From an uncultured Nitrososphaerota archaeon (lineage in GTDB: Archaea; Thermoproteota; Nitrososphaeria; Nitrososphaerales; Gagatemarchaeaceae), in assembly GCA_963718895.1 (NCBI GenBank), contig CAVRAG010000008.1:462605-494604 (forward strand): 32,000 bases of DNA. The letters are read 5' to 3'. Position 1 is the stretch's first letter. Every line of letters begins with the position of its first letter. A program made the position numbers and the translations under genes. The notes under the pieces were generated by a model. It searched no databases and had not been told where the DNA came from. It saw nothing but the letters and a program-made list of their open reading frames with translations. Below are positions 24,077 through 31,926 of this stretch, one piece after another.

Positions 24077-26176
24077 ATGGCGTCGGACCCGATCTGCGGA
24101 ATGTACGTCGACGAGGCCACCGCCGAGCTGAAGGCGGAGGTCAGGGGGGTCACGTACTACTTCTGCAGCGAGTCCTGCATGCACGAGTTCCTGGCCCCGG
24201 AGAAGGAGCTCCGGAAGCTCAAGATCGAAGTTCTCGCCTCGGCGCTTCTCTCTATCCCGATACTCCTCTTCACCTATGTCTCTCCCCTCTCAACGCAGTC
24301 CTCCAGTTACATCCTCTTCGCGCTCGACACACCCATCCAGTTCATCGTCGGATGGAGGTTCTACCGCGGAGTCTACGACAGCGTCAGGAGCAGGATGGGG
24401 AACATGGACGTCCTGATCGCGCTAGGCACGTCTGCGGCGTGGGCCTACTCGACCGTTGTCACCTTCGGCCCCGGGTTCTTCCCCTCCTCCGGCGTCTACT
24501 TCGACACTTCCGCGATCATCATCACCCTGATTCTGACTGGCCGGTATCTCGAGCACGTGACGAAGAGCAGGGCCTCCGCAGCGGTGAGGAAGCTAGTCGA
24601 CCTCCAACCGACCGTGGCTCACAGAATCGACGGGAGGGGTGCGGAGGTCGACGTTCCAATAGAGCAGGTCGAGGTCGGAGACGGTTTGGTCGTAAGACCT
24701 GGGGAGAAGATCCCCGTGGACGCGATTATCGTAGAGGGAAGGTCGGCCATCGACGAGTCCATGATCACGGGCGAGAGCATACCCGCCGAGAAGTCGGCAG
24801 GAGACGAGGTCATAGGAGCGACGATCAACAGGTCTGGGCTGCTGAAGCTGAAAGCGGAGAAGGTGGGCCAGGACACCGCGCTATCTCAGATAGTCAAGCT
24901 CGTCGAGGAGGCTCAGGCCGGAAAAGCGCCCATTCAGAGGCTCGCAGATAGGATCGCTTCATATTTCGTTCCCGTAGTCGTAGCGGCCGCTACCGTCGCC
25001 AGCCTATCCTGGTACTTCTTCGGCCACATAGGGTTCGGCTTCTCCATGCTCGTCTTCGTCTCGGTCGTGGTGATATCTTGCCCGTGTGCACTCGGCATCG
25101 CTACTCCAGCAGCTCTCCTAGTGGGTACGAGCAAGGGCGCGCAGAGCGGCGTTCTGATCAAAGGAGGCGAGTACCTAGAGCTCGCCAGCAAGGTCGACAT
25201 CGTCATATTCGACAAGACGGGGACGCTCACCGTTGGGAAACCCTCGGTCACCGATGTCATCCCCGTCGATACTCTCAGTTCGGACGAACTTCTGAGATTT
25301 GCGGCCTCGGTCGAGAAGGGTTCCGAACACCCGCTGGGTCAGGCCATCGTCAACGAGGCGAAGAGCCGCTCCATCGGTCTGTCTGACCCGCAGGACTTCG
25401 AGGCGGTCGCTGGAAAGGGTGTCAAGGCCAGGGTGGACGGCAGAGTAGTTCTGCTGGGAAACAGGCGACTCATCACAGAGAGCGGTGGAGACCTCTCGGC
25501 GGCGGAGTCGGAAATCAGCAAACTGGAAGATGAAGGAAAGACCGCCATGATTGTCTCTCTGGATGGGAAGGTCGAAGGGGTCGTCGCGGCCGCGGATACG
25601 GTGAAGCCGTCGGCCAGGGCGACCGTGGACGCTCTGAAAGCCATGCGAGTTCAGGTCGTGATGCTGACTGGAGACAACTCCAGGACTGCGGCCGCAATCT
25701 CGCAGAAGATTGGCATCGACAAGTTCGTCGCCGAGGTTCTTCCGCAGCAGAAGGAGGAGAAGATAGAGGTCCTGCAGAAGGAGGGGAGGGTGGTCGCCAT
25801 GGTGGGGGACGGCATCAACGACGCGCCGGCGCTGGCCAGGGCTGACGTCGGGATAGCAATCGGCAGCGGAACCGACATCGCGAAGGAGACGGGCGGGATC
25901 GTGCTGATCAAGGACGACCTCCGGAACGTTGCGACCGCAATCAAACTCAGTCGGAAGACGCTCGCGAAGATCAAGCAGAACCTCTTCTGGGCCTTCGCGT
26001 ACAACGTGGTCCTGATACCCGTGGCAGCGGGGGCGCTCGTGCCGGCCTTCGGGGCCCAGGTCTACACGGTCCTCCCCTTCCTGGCGGCGGGTGCGATGGC
26101 AGTGAGCTCGGTAACGGTGCTAAGCAACTCGCTCCTGCTGTTCAGGTTCAAAGCGGATTTCGGTGAGAAAGCTTGA
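24077..26176 (+). CDS. copA: Copper-translocating P1B-type ATPase with an N-terminal YHS/TRASH metal-binding domain
   Basis: 699 aa. N-terminal '[35 protein letters not shown]'. 'TGESIP', TM6 '[10 protein letters not shown]', the phosphorylation site 'DKTGTLT', the 'SEHPLG', 'TGD' and 'GDGINDAP' motifs. Confidence 0.97.
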   Translation: MASDPICGMYVDEATAELKAEVRGVTYYFCSESCMHEFLAPEKELRKLKIEVLASALLSIPILLFTYVSPLSTQSSSYILFALDTPIQFIVGWRFYRGVYDSVRSRMGNMDVLIALGTSAAWAYSTVVTFGPGFFPSSGVYFDTSAIIITLILTGRYLEHVTKSRASAAVRKLVDLQPTVAHRIDGRGAEVDVPIEQVEVGDGLVVRPGEKIPVDAIIVEGRSAIDESMITGESIPAEKSAGDEVIGATINRSGLLKLKAEKVGQDTALSQIVKLVEEAQAGKAPIQRLADRIASYFVPVVVAAATVASLSWYFFGHIGFGFSMLVFVSVVVISCPCALGIATPAALLVGTSKGAQSGVLIKGGEYLELASKVDIVIFDKTGTLTVGKPSVTDVIPVDTLSSDELLRFAASVEKGSEHPLGQAIVNEAKSRSIGLSDPQDFEAVAGKGVKARVDGRVVLLGNRRLITESGGDLSAAESEISKLEDEGKTAMIVSLDGKVEGVVAAADTVKPSARATVDALKAMRVQVVMLTGDNSRTAAAISQKIGIDKFVAEVLPQQKEEKIEVLQKEGRVVAMVGDGINDAPALARADVGIAIGSGTDIAKETGGIVLIKDDLRNVATAIKLSRKTLAKIKQNLFWAFAYNVVLIPVAAGALVPAFGAQVYTVLPFLAAGAMAVSSVTVLSNSLLLFRFKADFGEKA

Positions 26177-26430
26177 GCCAGGAGAAGGCGGGGAAAGGCA
26201 AGAGAGCCGTATTCGCGGTGAGAAACATGGACTGCGCGACCTGCGGCCTCGCCCTGGAGAAGAAGTTGAGAAAGGTGGACGGCATCGAAGGCGTGGCTAG
26301 CGCCATCATGCTGAACAAGGTCTTCGTCGACTACGACGGGTCGAAGCTCGGCGTCAACGAGATCAAGAAGGCAATCAAGGAAGCAGGGTATGCCGGTTAC
26401 GTGACCAGCGATGGTAATAAAATGCGCTGA
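26173..26430 (+). CDS. copZ: Heavy-metal-associated (HMA) domain copper chaperone
   Basis: 85 aa. '[30 protein letters not shown]...[22 protein letters not shown]' has a ferredoxin-like HMA fold with an M-x-C-x2-C site. TTG start overlaps the copA stop. Confidence 0.8.
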   Translation: MSQEKAGKGKRAVFAVRNMDCATCGLALEKKLRKVDGIEGVASAIMLNKVFVDYDGSKLGVNEIKKAIKEAGYAGYVTSDGNKMR

Positions 26431-26544
26431 CTGCGACTGCACCCCTCAGGAGTGCAGAACCGCGAGGTCAGCGCGTGATTGTCCTCGCTGCACCCGCGAA
26501 GTCTGCTGTTGCTGGGTAGGTTAGCTCGCCCGGCCGCCCGAATT

Positions 26545-26594
26545 AGGCAACCCAAAAAGAACCGAAGGCAGCCTCGCTCGAGAGATCGAGGCTG
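26545..26594 (-). terminator. Hairpin plus oligo-T terminator downstream of the tandem sulfocyanin gene
   Basis: An 8-bp stem CAGCCTCG/CGAGGCTG (26569-26576 / 26587-26594) abuts the stop codon. In the direction of transcription it is followed by 'ccttcggttctttttgggtt' (a T-run). Confidence 0.5.
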
Positions 26595-28076
26595 TCACGT
26601 CGTTACGATTGCTCCGTACATCCCGCTCTCGGCGTGCCCCGGATAGGTGCACAGGTACCAGAGGTTGGTGGCAGCGCTCGGGAGCGCGACCGTGTAGGAG
26701 TAGTAGGGCGCCCAACCCGCAGCGTAGTTCGCCGGGCTCAGCACGGGCATCATGTACAGGAAGTCACCGCCCCACATCATCCCCTGCATCATCATGTAGG
26801 GATATGGAGGGCTGAGTGTGGTCATGACCAGGTCGTGGTACATGTCGTCGTCGAGGTTGACCACGGTCATGTGGATGGTAGCTCCCTTGGGGACGTTGAG
26901 CGTGGGGTCGATAAGCCCGCCTATGACGAAGACGTCGTCCTTGGCGTAGGATGGCGGCTGCATGCCCGTCATGTTCGTCGCGTTGTCGGGCATTATGGCG
27001 AACGCTGTTATGTTGATGTTGTGCGAGGTGAAGGTTATCGAGTTGCTGCTCTGAGATACGGTCGCGCCCTCCGGCGCCGTCTTCAGTAGCGCCTCTGCAG
27101 CTGCGATGGACATCGTCCCGGGTGGAAGGCTCGTCGAGGTGGAGGTGGTGTGGGTGCTGGATGTCGTGCTGGAGGCGGCAGAGGTCGTGGACGTGCTTGT
27201 CTGGCTCGTCTTGATTGTACTGGTGCTCGAGGTCGTAGTACTGGTAGTGGTTCCGGTCGTCACGATCTCACCATACATGCCCCCCATGCCGTGGCCAGGA
27301 TACGTGCAGACGTACCAGAGGTTCGCGTAGCTCGGGATGGTTACTGTGTAGGAGTAGGTGAACGCCCATCCTGCGCCGTAGTTTGCGGGGCTGAGGACGG
27401 ACATCATGTACAGGAATCCCTGGAAGCCGCTGCCCCCCATCATCCCCGTTCCGTACCCGTTCCAAGTCATGTACTGGCTCATGTTGGAGGCGAAGGGCGG
27501 GCCCACCGTCGAGACCACTAGGTCGTTGTACACCGCGTTGTCCATGTTGACTATGGTGAAAGTCACCGCCGCGCCCGTCGGGATGTACAGCGTCGGGTCG
27601 ATCAGGCCGCCCATGACGAATACGTCGCCCTGAGCATACGAGGGTGGATGCATCCCGGTCGTACGAGTGGCGTTCTCCTGCGTGGTGGCGAAGGCCGTGA
27701 TGCTGATGCTAGACGAAGAGGTGAACGTTATCGAGTTGCTGCTCTGGGAGACGGCCGCGCCCGCGAGCGGAGACCCCATGAGCGCCATGGCCTCGCTGAT
27801 GGAGATGGACCCGCTCGGAAGACCAGTGGAGGTGCTGGAGCTGCTGGTCGTTGTTCCCGGGCTCGTTGAAGCCGTGCTCGTGCCAGATTGGGTGCTGCTG
27901 CCGGTCACTGTCTTTGTGCCGGCTCCTCCCAGACCATATGCGCCGTAAGCGGCGACCGCTGCGACCGCTATGATGACTATGACCACTATGGCGAAGATGG
28001 AGTTAGAAACTCCGGGCTTCCGCTTTTGCCTGAGAAGGCTCGGCCATGTCCTTGAGACTCCACTATTCAGGGCCAA
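26595..28076 (-). CDS. Membrane-anchored tandem-domain sulfocyanin-like blue copper protein with Ser/Thr-rich linkers
   Basis: 493 aa. TM anchor 'IFAIVVIVIIAVAAVAAYGAYG'. Two homologous ~180-aa cupredoxin domains (aa 86-274 and 317-493), each ending in 'W-Y-x-C-T-Y-P-G-H-x3-G-M-Y-G-x-I-V-T-T' (the C-x4-H-x4-M sulfocyanin loop). They are separated by S/T-rich linkers (aa 57-85 and 275-316). Confidence 0.8.
   Translation of the reverse strand: MALNSGVSRTWPSLLRQKRKPGVSNSIFAIVVIVIIAVAAVAAYGAYGLGGAGTKTVTGSSTQSGTSTASTSPGTTTSSSSTSTGLPSGSISISEAMALMGSPLAGAAVSQSSNSITFTSSSSISITAFATTQENATRTTGMHPPSYAQGDVFVMGGLIDPTLYIPTGAAVTFTIVNMDNAVYNDLVVSTVGPPFASNMSQYMTWNGYGTGMMGGSGFQGFLYMMSVLSPANYGAGWAFTYSYTVTIPSYANLWYVCTYPGHGMGGMYGEIVTTGTTTSTTTSSTSTIKTSQTSTSTTSAASSTTSSTHTTSTSTSLPPGTMSIAAAEALLKTAPEGATVSQSSNSITFTSHNINITAFAIMPDNATNMTGMQPPSYAKDDVFVIGGLIDPTLNVPKGATIHMTVVNLDDDMYHDLVMTTLSPPYPYMMMQGMMWGGDFLYMMPVLSPANYAAGWAPYYSYTVALPSAATNLWYLCTYPGHAESGMYGAIVTT
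26598..27128 (-). repeat. Intragenic duplication, copy B (C-terminal cupredoxin domain)
   Basis: Diverged copy of 27255-27821, with DNA identity islands such as 'gttatcgagttgctgctctg' present in both. The proteins align collinearly (SQSSNSITFTS...PPSYA..DVFV.GGLIDPTL...LSPANY.AGWA...). Confidence 0.8.
27255..27821 (-). repeat. Intragenic duplication, copy A (N-terminal cupredoxin domain)
   Basis: See copy B. It carries an extra Gly/Met-rich insertion 'WNGYGTGMMGGSGFQG'. Confidence 0.8.
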
Positions 28077-28246
28077 TTCCCCCTTCGCAGTCGTTGCTTA
28101 CTTCCTCACCGGACATTTCAACTCGTCTATCGCCGTGCAAAAAGGGGAGCGTTAAAGGGATTCCAGTGGTTCTCAACGTTGAGGACCGGCCCTCGGACGT
28201 AGCTGACGGACCCGATGTGTTGTCGACCACTCCGATCACTTCGCTT

Positions 28247-28624
28247 TCAGCTCGCCGTTCGGTTCGTCCCGATGCCGAAGTAGTTGGTCATGTACTGGAC
28301 GCACCCCATGAAAAAGTTGCCCCCATTGGTCAACAGGCCTTGGTTCCCCATCATCCCCCACGGTCCTCCAGTGCCCCAAGAGCTTGCTCCCATCATCCCG
28401 CCAAAGTGCGTCGGTGTCGAGGTTGCCCCCCCACTTGCGGATCCCACTACACCGGAGAAACCGCCCATCATGCCTCCTCCGCCGTAGCCCGACATCATGC
28501 CCCCTCTTCCCTGCTGACCCGCTGAGGGCGTCTGTCCAACGAATCCGAACGCTGCCCCTGCAGCCAGTCCGACCGCCACCAGGAGCCCAAGTCCCACGAT
28601 GATTGCCTTTTCAGTTGTGTTCAT
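28247..28624 (-). CDS. Small Gly/Met-rich membrane-anchored or secreted protein
   Basis: 125 aa. N-terminal hydrophobic segment 'AIIVGLGLLVAVGLAAGAAFGFVG', then low-complexity 'GRGGMMSGYGGGGMMGGFSG...HFGGMMGASSWGTGGPWGMMGNQG'. No family recognised. Confidence 0.6.
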   Translation of the reverse strand: MNTTEKAIIVGLGLLVAVGLAAGAAFGFVGQTPSAGQQGRGGMMSGYGGGGMMGGFSGVVGSASGGATSTPTHFGGMMGASSWGTGGPWGMMGNQGLLTNGGNFFMGCVQYMTNYFGIGTNRTAS

Positions 28625-28677
28625 TTTGATGCACGGCGTGTACTACGCATGGCGGGGTTATGGTAGTACGCTGAAAC

Positions 28678-28696
28678 GAAACGGTGAAACCGTTTC
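28678..28696 (-). terminator. Intergenic hairpin (8-bp stem GAAACGGT/ACCGTTTC, loop GAA)
   Basis: Perfect inverted repeat between the stop of 28764-29411 and the start of 28247-28624. No clear T-run, so its role (terminator or processing site) is uncertain. Confidence 0.3.
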
Positions 28697-28763
28697 ATCC
28701 GGCCTTAACTGAAAATCTCGCAGAAACGCAGCCCAAAAGACGCGTGATGTGCAATAATCTGCG

Positions 28764-29411
28764 CTAGGCCGAACGGCCTGGGCGGGGTCGCAGGGACGGT
28801 GCCAGCGATATCTCATTGGTGTTCCCGCTGCTGACGGCCGTCACTATCCCTCTCTCGGCGAAGCGTGAGACTATCCTGTGCGTCTTGAGCTTGCTCAGAC
28901 CCGAGTCCTTTACGATGAACTTCTGGAGGTACTTGCCATCATGCGCGGCGAGTACCTCTAGGACCTTGCGCTCGTCCGGCTTCGAGGTACTCAGGAGGAA
29001 GTCCCAGCTCTGTGCGGCTTCCGGCAGTTCTGGAACGGTTTCAGCCGTGGGTATCAGGAGCCGCTTCCTCGGGATCTGAGGGTAGGTCATGAAATAGACC
29101 AACCCGACGACGCCTACGACCGTCAGTCCTATGAACGCTGCTGCCAGGTACCAGACGTACGAGGGCATTTGGAGGTTCATCCCTGCTGAGTTCTCGCTCC
29201 CCATCATCTGTCCCATCATCCCTCCCAGACTCCCCGTCCCAGATTGGTAGTCCGAAAGGTACCAGATGATGATAAGGAGAAACGCGGCGAGGGACCCGAC
29301 GATTAGGGCCGTGAACAGCCAAGTCCGTTTCATCGTCTTGTGCCTCCAGATTCCATTCGAGCGCCATGGTTGGGCATCGCCGCACCCTTCTAACGACCCG
29401 ACATCGCCCAT
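28764..29411 (-). CDS. Membrane-tethered winged-helix protein (COG2512-like) with a Met-rich extracytoplasmic loop
   Basis: TM1 'WLFTALIVGSLAAFLLIIIW', loop 'SGTGSLGGMMGQMMGSENSAGMNLQM', TM2 'VWYLAAAFIGLTVVGVVGLVYF', then the cytoplasmic wHTH 'DERKVLEVLAAHDGKYLQKFIVKDSGLSKLKTHRIVSRFAERGIVTAV'. The likely true start is ATG 29333 (MKRTWLF...). Confidence 0.7.
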   Translation of the reverse strand: MGDVGSLEGCGDAQPWRSNGIWRHKTMKRTWLFTALIVGSLAAFLLIIIWYLSDYQSGTGSLGGMMGQMMGSENSAGMNLQMPSYVWYLAAAFIGLTVVGVVGLVYFMTYPQIPRKRLLIPTAETVPELPEAAQSWDFLLSTSKPDERKVLEVLAAHDGKYLQKFIVKDSGLSKLKTHRIVSRFAERGIVTAVSSGNTNEISLAPSLRPRPGRSA

Positions 29412-29614
29412 GCTAATTAAGGATGGGTTGGAAAGGCGAGAGGAAAGACCACTCTAGGGGTCGTTTCAGCCGCCGTCGTTATCCCTACTCGCTCATGCCA
29501 CGGCAAGGGTCAGAAGAGAATTGGAGGTGTCGCCTTCGCTTAGGGGAGAAGGCTCAACTTAAACTGGCTCTTGCGTTGTCCGATCCGGAGGGACCGGGAT
29601 CAGCGGTGTCTCCT

Positions 29615-30358
29615 CTATTCCGCCGCGTGGAGCTCACGGTATGATTCTGTAGCTTCTTTTGCGACGAAGATGAGTATCACTGCGGTGGCAAGATAGTCGA
29701 CCCACCAGAGCCCAAGAAGATACTCGGCGAGAAGGCCGACCAGCAAGACCGTGGCCATCAGGAAGCACGTGACCGATTCGACGGCGTCCATCTTCAGGGG
29801 CAGACAACGGGTCTCTTCTCCGATCCTCCTCTTGCGGAAGTAGAGATAGGGCATTATGATGACGGCGCCTGCGGCCACGGCTACTCCCAGCGGCGACCCT
29901 TCTGGCCGGAGCCCCGAGGCGTAGGAGTAGACAGCCCCCAAGCCTATGACGGGGATCAGGGTGAAGAGTAGCGCGCTCGTGATTTGCTCAGCCCTCCGGT
30001 TCTCCAGTTCCGAGTTGCTCGCATCCCTTCGCAGGTGGCCCAGGACCACAAAGCCCGAGATCAGTTCGATCACGCTGTCGCCTCCGAACGCCAGTAAGGC
30101 GAGGCTGCCCGCGATCAGGCCGAATCCGATCGAGGCGAGAGCCTCGACGGTCATCCACGCCGAGCTGAGGTACTCGACCCTGATTCCCATCTCTGCCCTA
30201 GCCTTCCTCCAGTGGCCGTGGGCGGCACTGCAGCAGCAGGAGGCGCAGTTGGAGCACTCGGCTCGAGCGTTGCAGGGCGCGCAGGAGTTCTCCACGCAGC
30301 CACAGGTCAGGCACGAGGAAGATGCTGGCGCTCCGAGTGGCATCGGGCAGGAATGCAC
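29615..30358 (-). CDS. CDF-like cation-efflux membrane protein (TM domain only) with a possible Cys-rich N-terminal extension
   Basis: 'IRVEYLSSAWMTVEALASIGFGLIAGSLALLAFGGDSVIELISGFVVL' matches the short cation-transporter family pattern (LE..t..WN..E......G...GS.AL..FGLDS.IE..S). The first 56 codons contain 13 Cys ('CLTCGC', 'CAPC', 'CSNCASCCC'). An alternative start is the Met in 'MGIRVEY'. Confidence 0.65.
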   Translation of the reverse strand: MHSCPMPLGAPASSSCLTCGCVENSCAPCNARAECSNCASCCCSAAHGHWRKARAEMGIRVEYLSSAWMTVEALASIGFGLIAGSLALLAFGGDSVIELISGFVVLGHLRRDASNSELENRRAEQITSALLFTLIPVIGLGAVYSYASGLRPEGSPLGVAVAAGAVIIMPYLYFRKRRIGEETRCLPLKMDAVESVTCFLMATVLLVGLLAEYLLGLWWVDYLATAVILIFVAKEATESYRELHAAE

Positions 30359-30493
30359 CTAGGGTCTATTATCTGTTTCACGACGTGGCCTCACACCCGG
30401 CCGGCTGCTGGCGCAACCTGGGCTGCTGCTCATCGAGTACTTTCCTATGCTGCGCGGGATTCAGGCAATCTGCTCTCGTCGGCCGAACCGCGG

Positions 30494-30805
30494 TCAGCTC
30501 TGCCTTGCCGTGGGGCAAGCGTGGAAGAAAGGATCCACGTGCTGGACGCAGAAGCTCTTCATGCACAGTTGGCACTGGAAGACCTCCGCCTTGGGTCCCT
30601 TCACTGGGCCGCAAAGGTCGCAGATCACCACCGGTTCCGCCGTTTTGGGCGCGTCGGGAGCCGCATCCTCGAGGCCTTCCGTCGAGACACCGATGGGTGC
30701 GGTCGACTCCTCTTGGTCGGTCGGGGAAGATTCTGGCACTTCGACCTCGCCCGAATCTTCGGCAGATTCGGGTGCCGCATCTACCTGACTTTCCTGCATG
30801 CCCAA
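30494..30805 (-). CDS. AN1-type zinc-finger protein with an acidic, disordered N-terminus
   Basis: The C-terminal 'CDLCGPVKGPKAEVFQCQLCMKSFCVQHVDPFFHAC' fits the AN1 pattern C-x2-C-x12-C-x2-C-x4-C-x2-H-x5-H-x-C exactly. The N-terminal ~55 aa are E/D/S/P-rich. Several overlapping alternative-frame ORFs here are Arg-rich GC artefacts. Confidence 0.7.
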   Translation of the reverse strand: MGMQESQVDAAPESAEDSGEVEVPESSPTDQEESTAPIGVSTEGLEDAAPDAPKTAEPVVICDLCGPVKGPKAEVFQCQLCMKSFCVQHVDPFFHACPTARQS

Positions 30806-30889
30806 GGACGAATTCGCGTCCCATTAAAAAATCTCCGGTGAGGTGAGACTCTGCCCCTCCTAGGCCGCAATCTCGCTCAGGTGGTCGGC

Positions 30890-31426
30890 TCAGAGCTTGG
30901 CGGTGCCAGTCTTGGGGAGCCGGGCGAACTGCCACGCGGCACCCGCCAAGACCGCCGACGCGGCGAGGATGAGGACGATACCGGAGATCGTGACGGGGAT
31001 GCCCCTCCCGGCGCCGATTACGTGCACAAGGATTAGCGACGCTCCGATCAGAGAGAGAAGACCGTGGTAGAACAGCGAAGACCCTAGGCCTTCCATGAAA
31101 AGAAGGCCGGTCACCCAAACGACGAAGGCGGCGTAGGTCGCGAGGTAACCCAGGAGGACCGGCAAAGATACGGGGAAGAGAAGGAAGAAGGCCGCATGGG
31201 CCAGCAGGAACCCCCCGCCTGACGCTGCTATCCAGACATGGATTCCCCTCAGGAGGTCAGGATTTCTGAACCTGCGCAGCAGACTTCGCCGGAAGATCAT
31301 CATCACCCCGGCCGCGCCAATCAGGAAGAACGCGAGAAATCCTGCGAGGTTTGCCAGGAAGGCGCCTCTGTAGAGGACGTCGACAGGGAGAGGATTGGCG
31401 AAGGCGAGCAAGACGGAGAGCAACAC
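30890..31426 (-). CDS. Polytopic membrane protein with conserved-looking intramembrane His residues (possible b-type heme binding)
   Basis: 178 aa, 5-6 hydrophobic helices, with His in helices ('IHVWIAA', 'LLAHAAFF', 'LFYHGLL', 'LILVHVIG'). GTG start in the track. The frame stays open and hydrophobic a further ~20 codons upstream without an ATG. Confidence 0.6.
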   Translation of the reverse strand: MLLSVLLAFANPLPVDVLYRGAFLANLAGFLAFFLIGAAGVMMIFRRSLLRRFRNPDLLRGIHVWIAASGGGFLLAHAAFFLLFPVSLPVLLGYLATYAAFVVWVTGLLFMEGLGSSLFYHGLLSLIGASLILVHVIGAGRGIPVTISGIVLILAASAVLAGAAWQFARLPKTGTAKL

Positions 31427-31518
31427 GAAGGCCGTGAGTGTCAGGGTAGAGTAGAAGGCCAGCTTGCCCTGCAGCTTATCGCATCCCCTTGGTCAACCTG
31501 CGTCTGGCTTGTCCCGGT

Positions 31519-31926
31519 CTATTTCTTGAGATAGGAGCGGCCGGTCCTCAAGTAAAGGTCCTTCCCGTTCAGCCAGTCCCGTCTCAGGGGTGAGAAGCAA
31601 TCGTAGTCTTCAGTGTCTTCGAGCGCGACAGCCTCGTGCACCACGTTCGAAGGGATTATCAGGACCTCTCCCGATTTGACCGTGAAGTCCTCATCGTCTA
31701 TCGTGAACTTGAGAGCGCCCTTCATTATGAAGGTTATCTGCTCGCTAAGGTGTTTGTGGGCTGGCACTATGGCACCCTTCTTCAACCAGATGTAACCCAG
31801 CATCTCCCTCTTCCCGACGGCAAGACGCCGGGAGATCTTGGGGTTCAGCCACTCGGGCTCCATCTCTGCCCACCTAATGTGTCTGACTCTCCTCTCGGTG
31901 GTCGTTGCTGCTTTCTTCGGCTTCAT
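31519..31926 (-). CDS. Cupin-domain protein
   Basis: 135 aa. 'GYIWLKKGAIVPAHKHLSEQITFIMKGALKFTIDDEDFTVKSGEVLIIPSNVVHEAVALEDT' carries cupin motifs 1 and 2 (H-x-H ... G ... P...H). Confidence 0.75.
   Translation of the reverse strand: MKPKKAATTTERRVRHIRWAEMEPEWLNPKISRRLAVGKREMLGYIWLKKGAIVPAHKHLSEQITFIMKGALKFTIDDEDFTVKSGEVLIIPSNVVHEAVALEDTEDYDCFSPLRRDWLNGKDLYLRTGRSYLKK

Noticed and set aside
24067-24951. 294-aa ORF in an alternative frame inside copA
   Set aside because: The product is extremely Arg/Gly-rich and sits fully inside the CopA ORF, whose P-type ATPase motifs are unambiguous. It is a GC-driven artefact.
30212-31118. Several long overlapping ORFs (30212-30841 +, 30322-30846 +, 30378-31118 -, 30447-30788 +)
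   Set aside because: All are Arg/Gly/Ala/Pro-rich with no motifs. The minus-strand 30494-30805 frame gives an exact AN1 zinc-finger pattern and 30890-31426 gives clean TM helices, so those frames were preferred.
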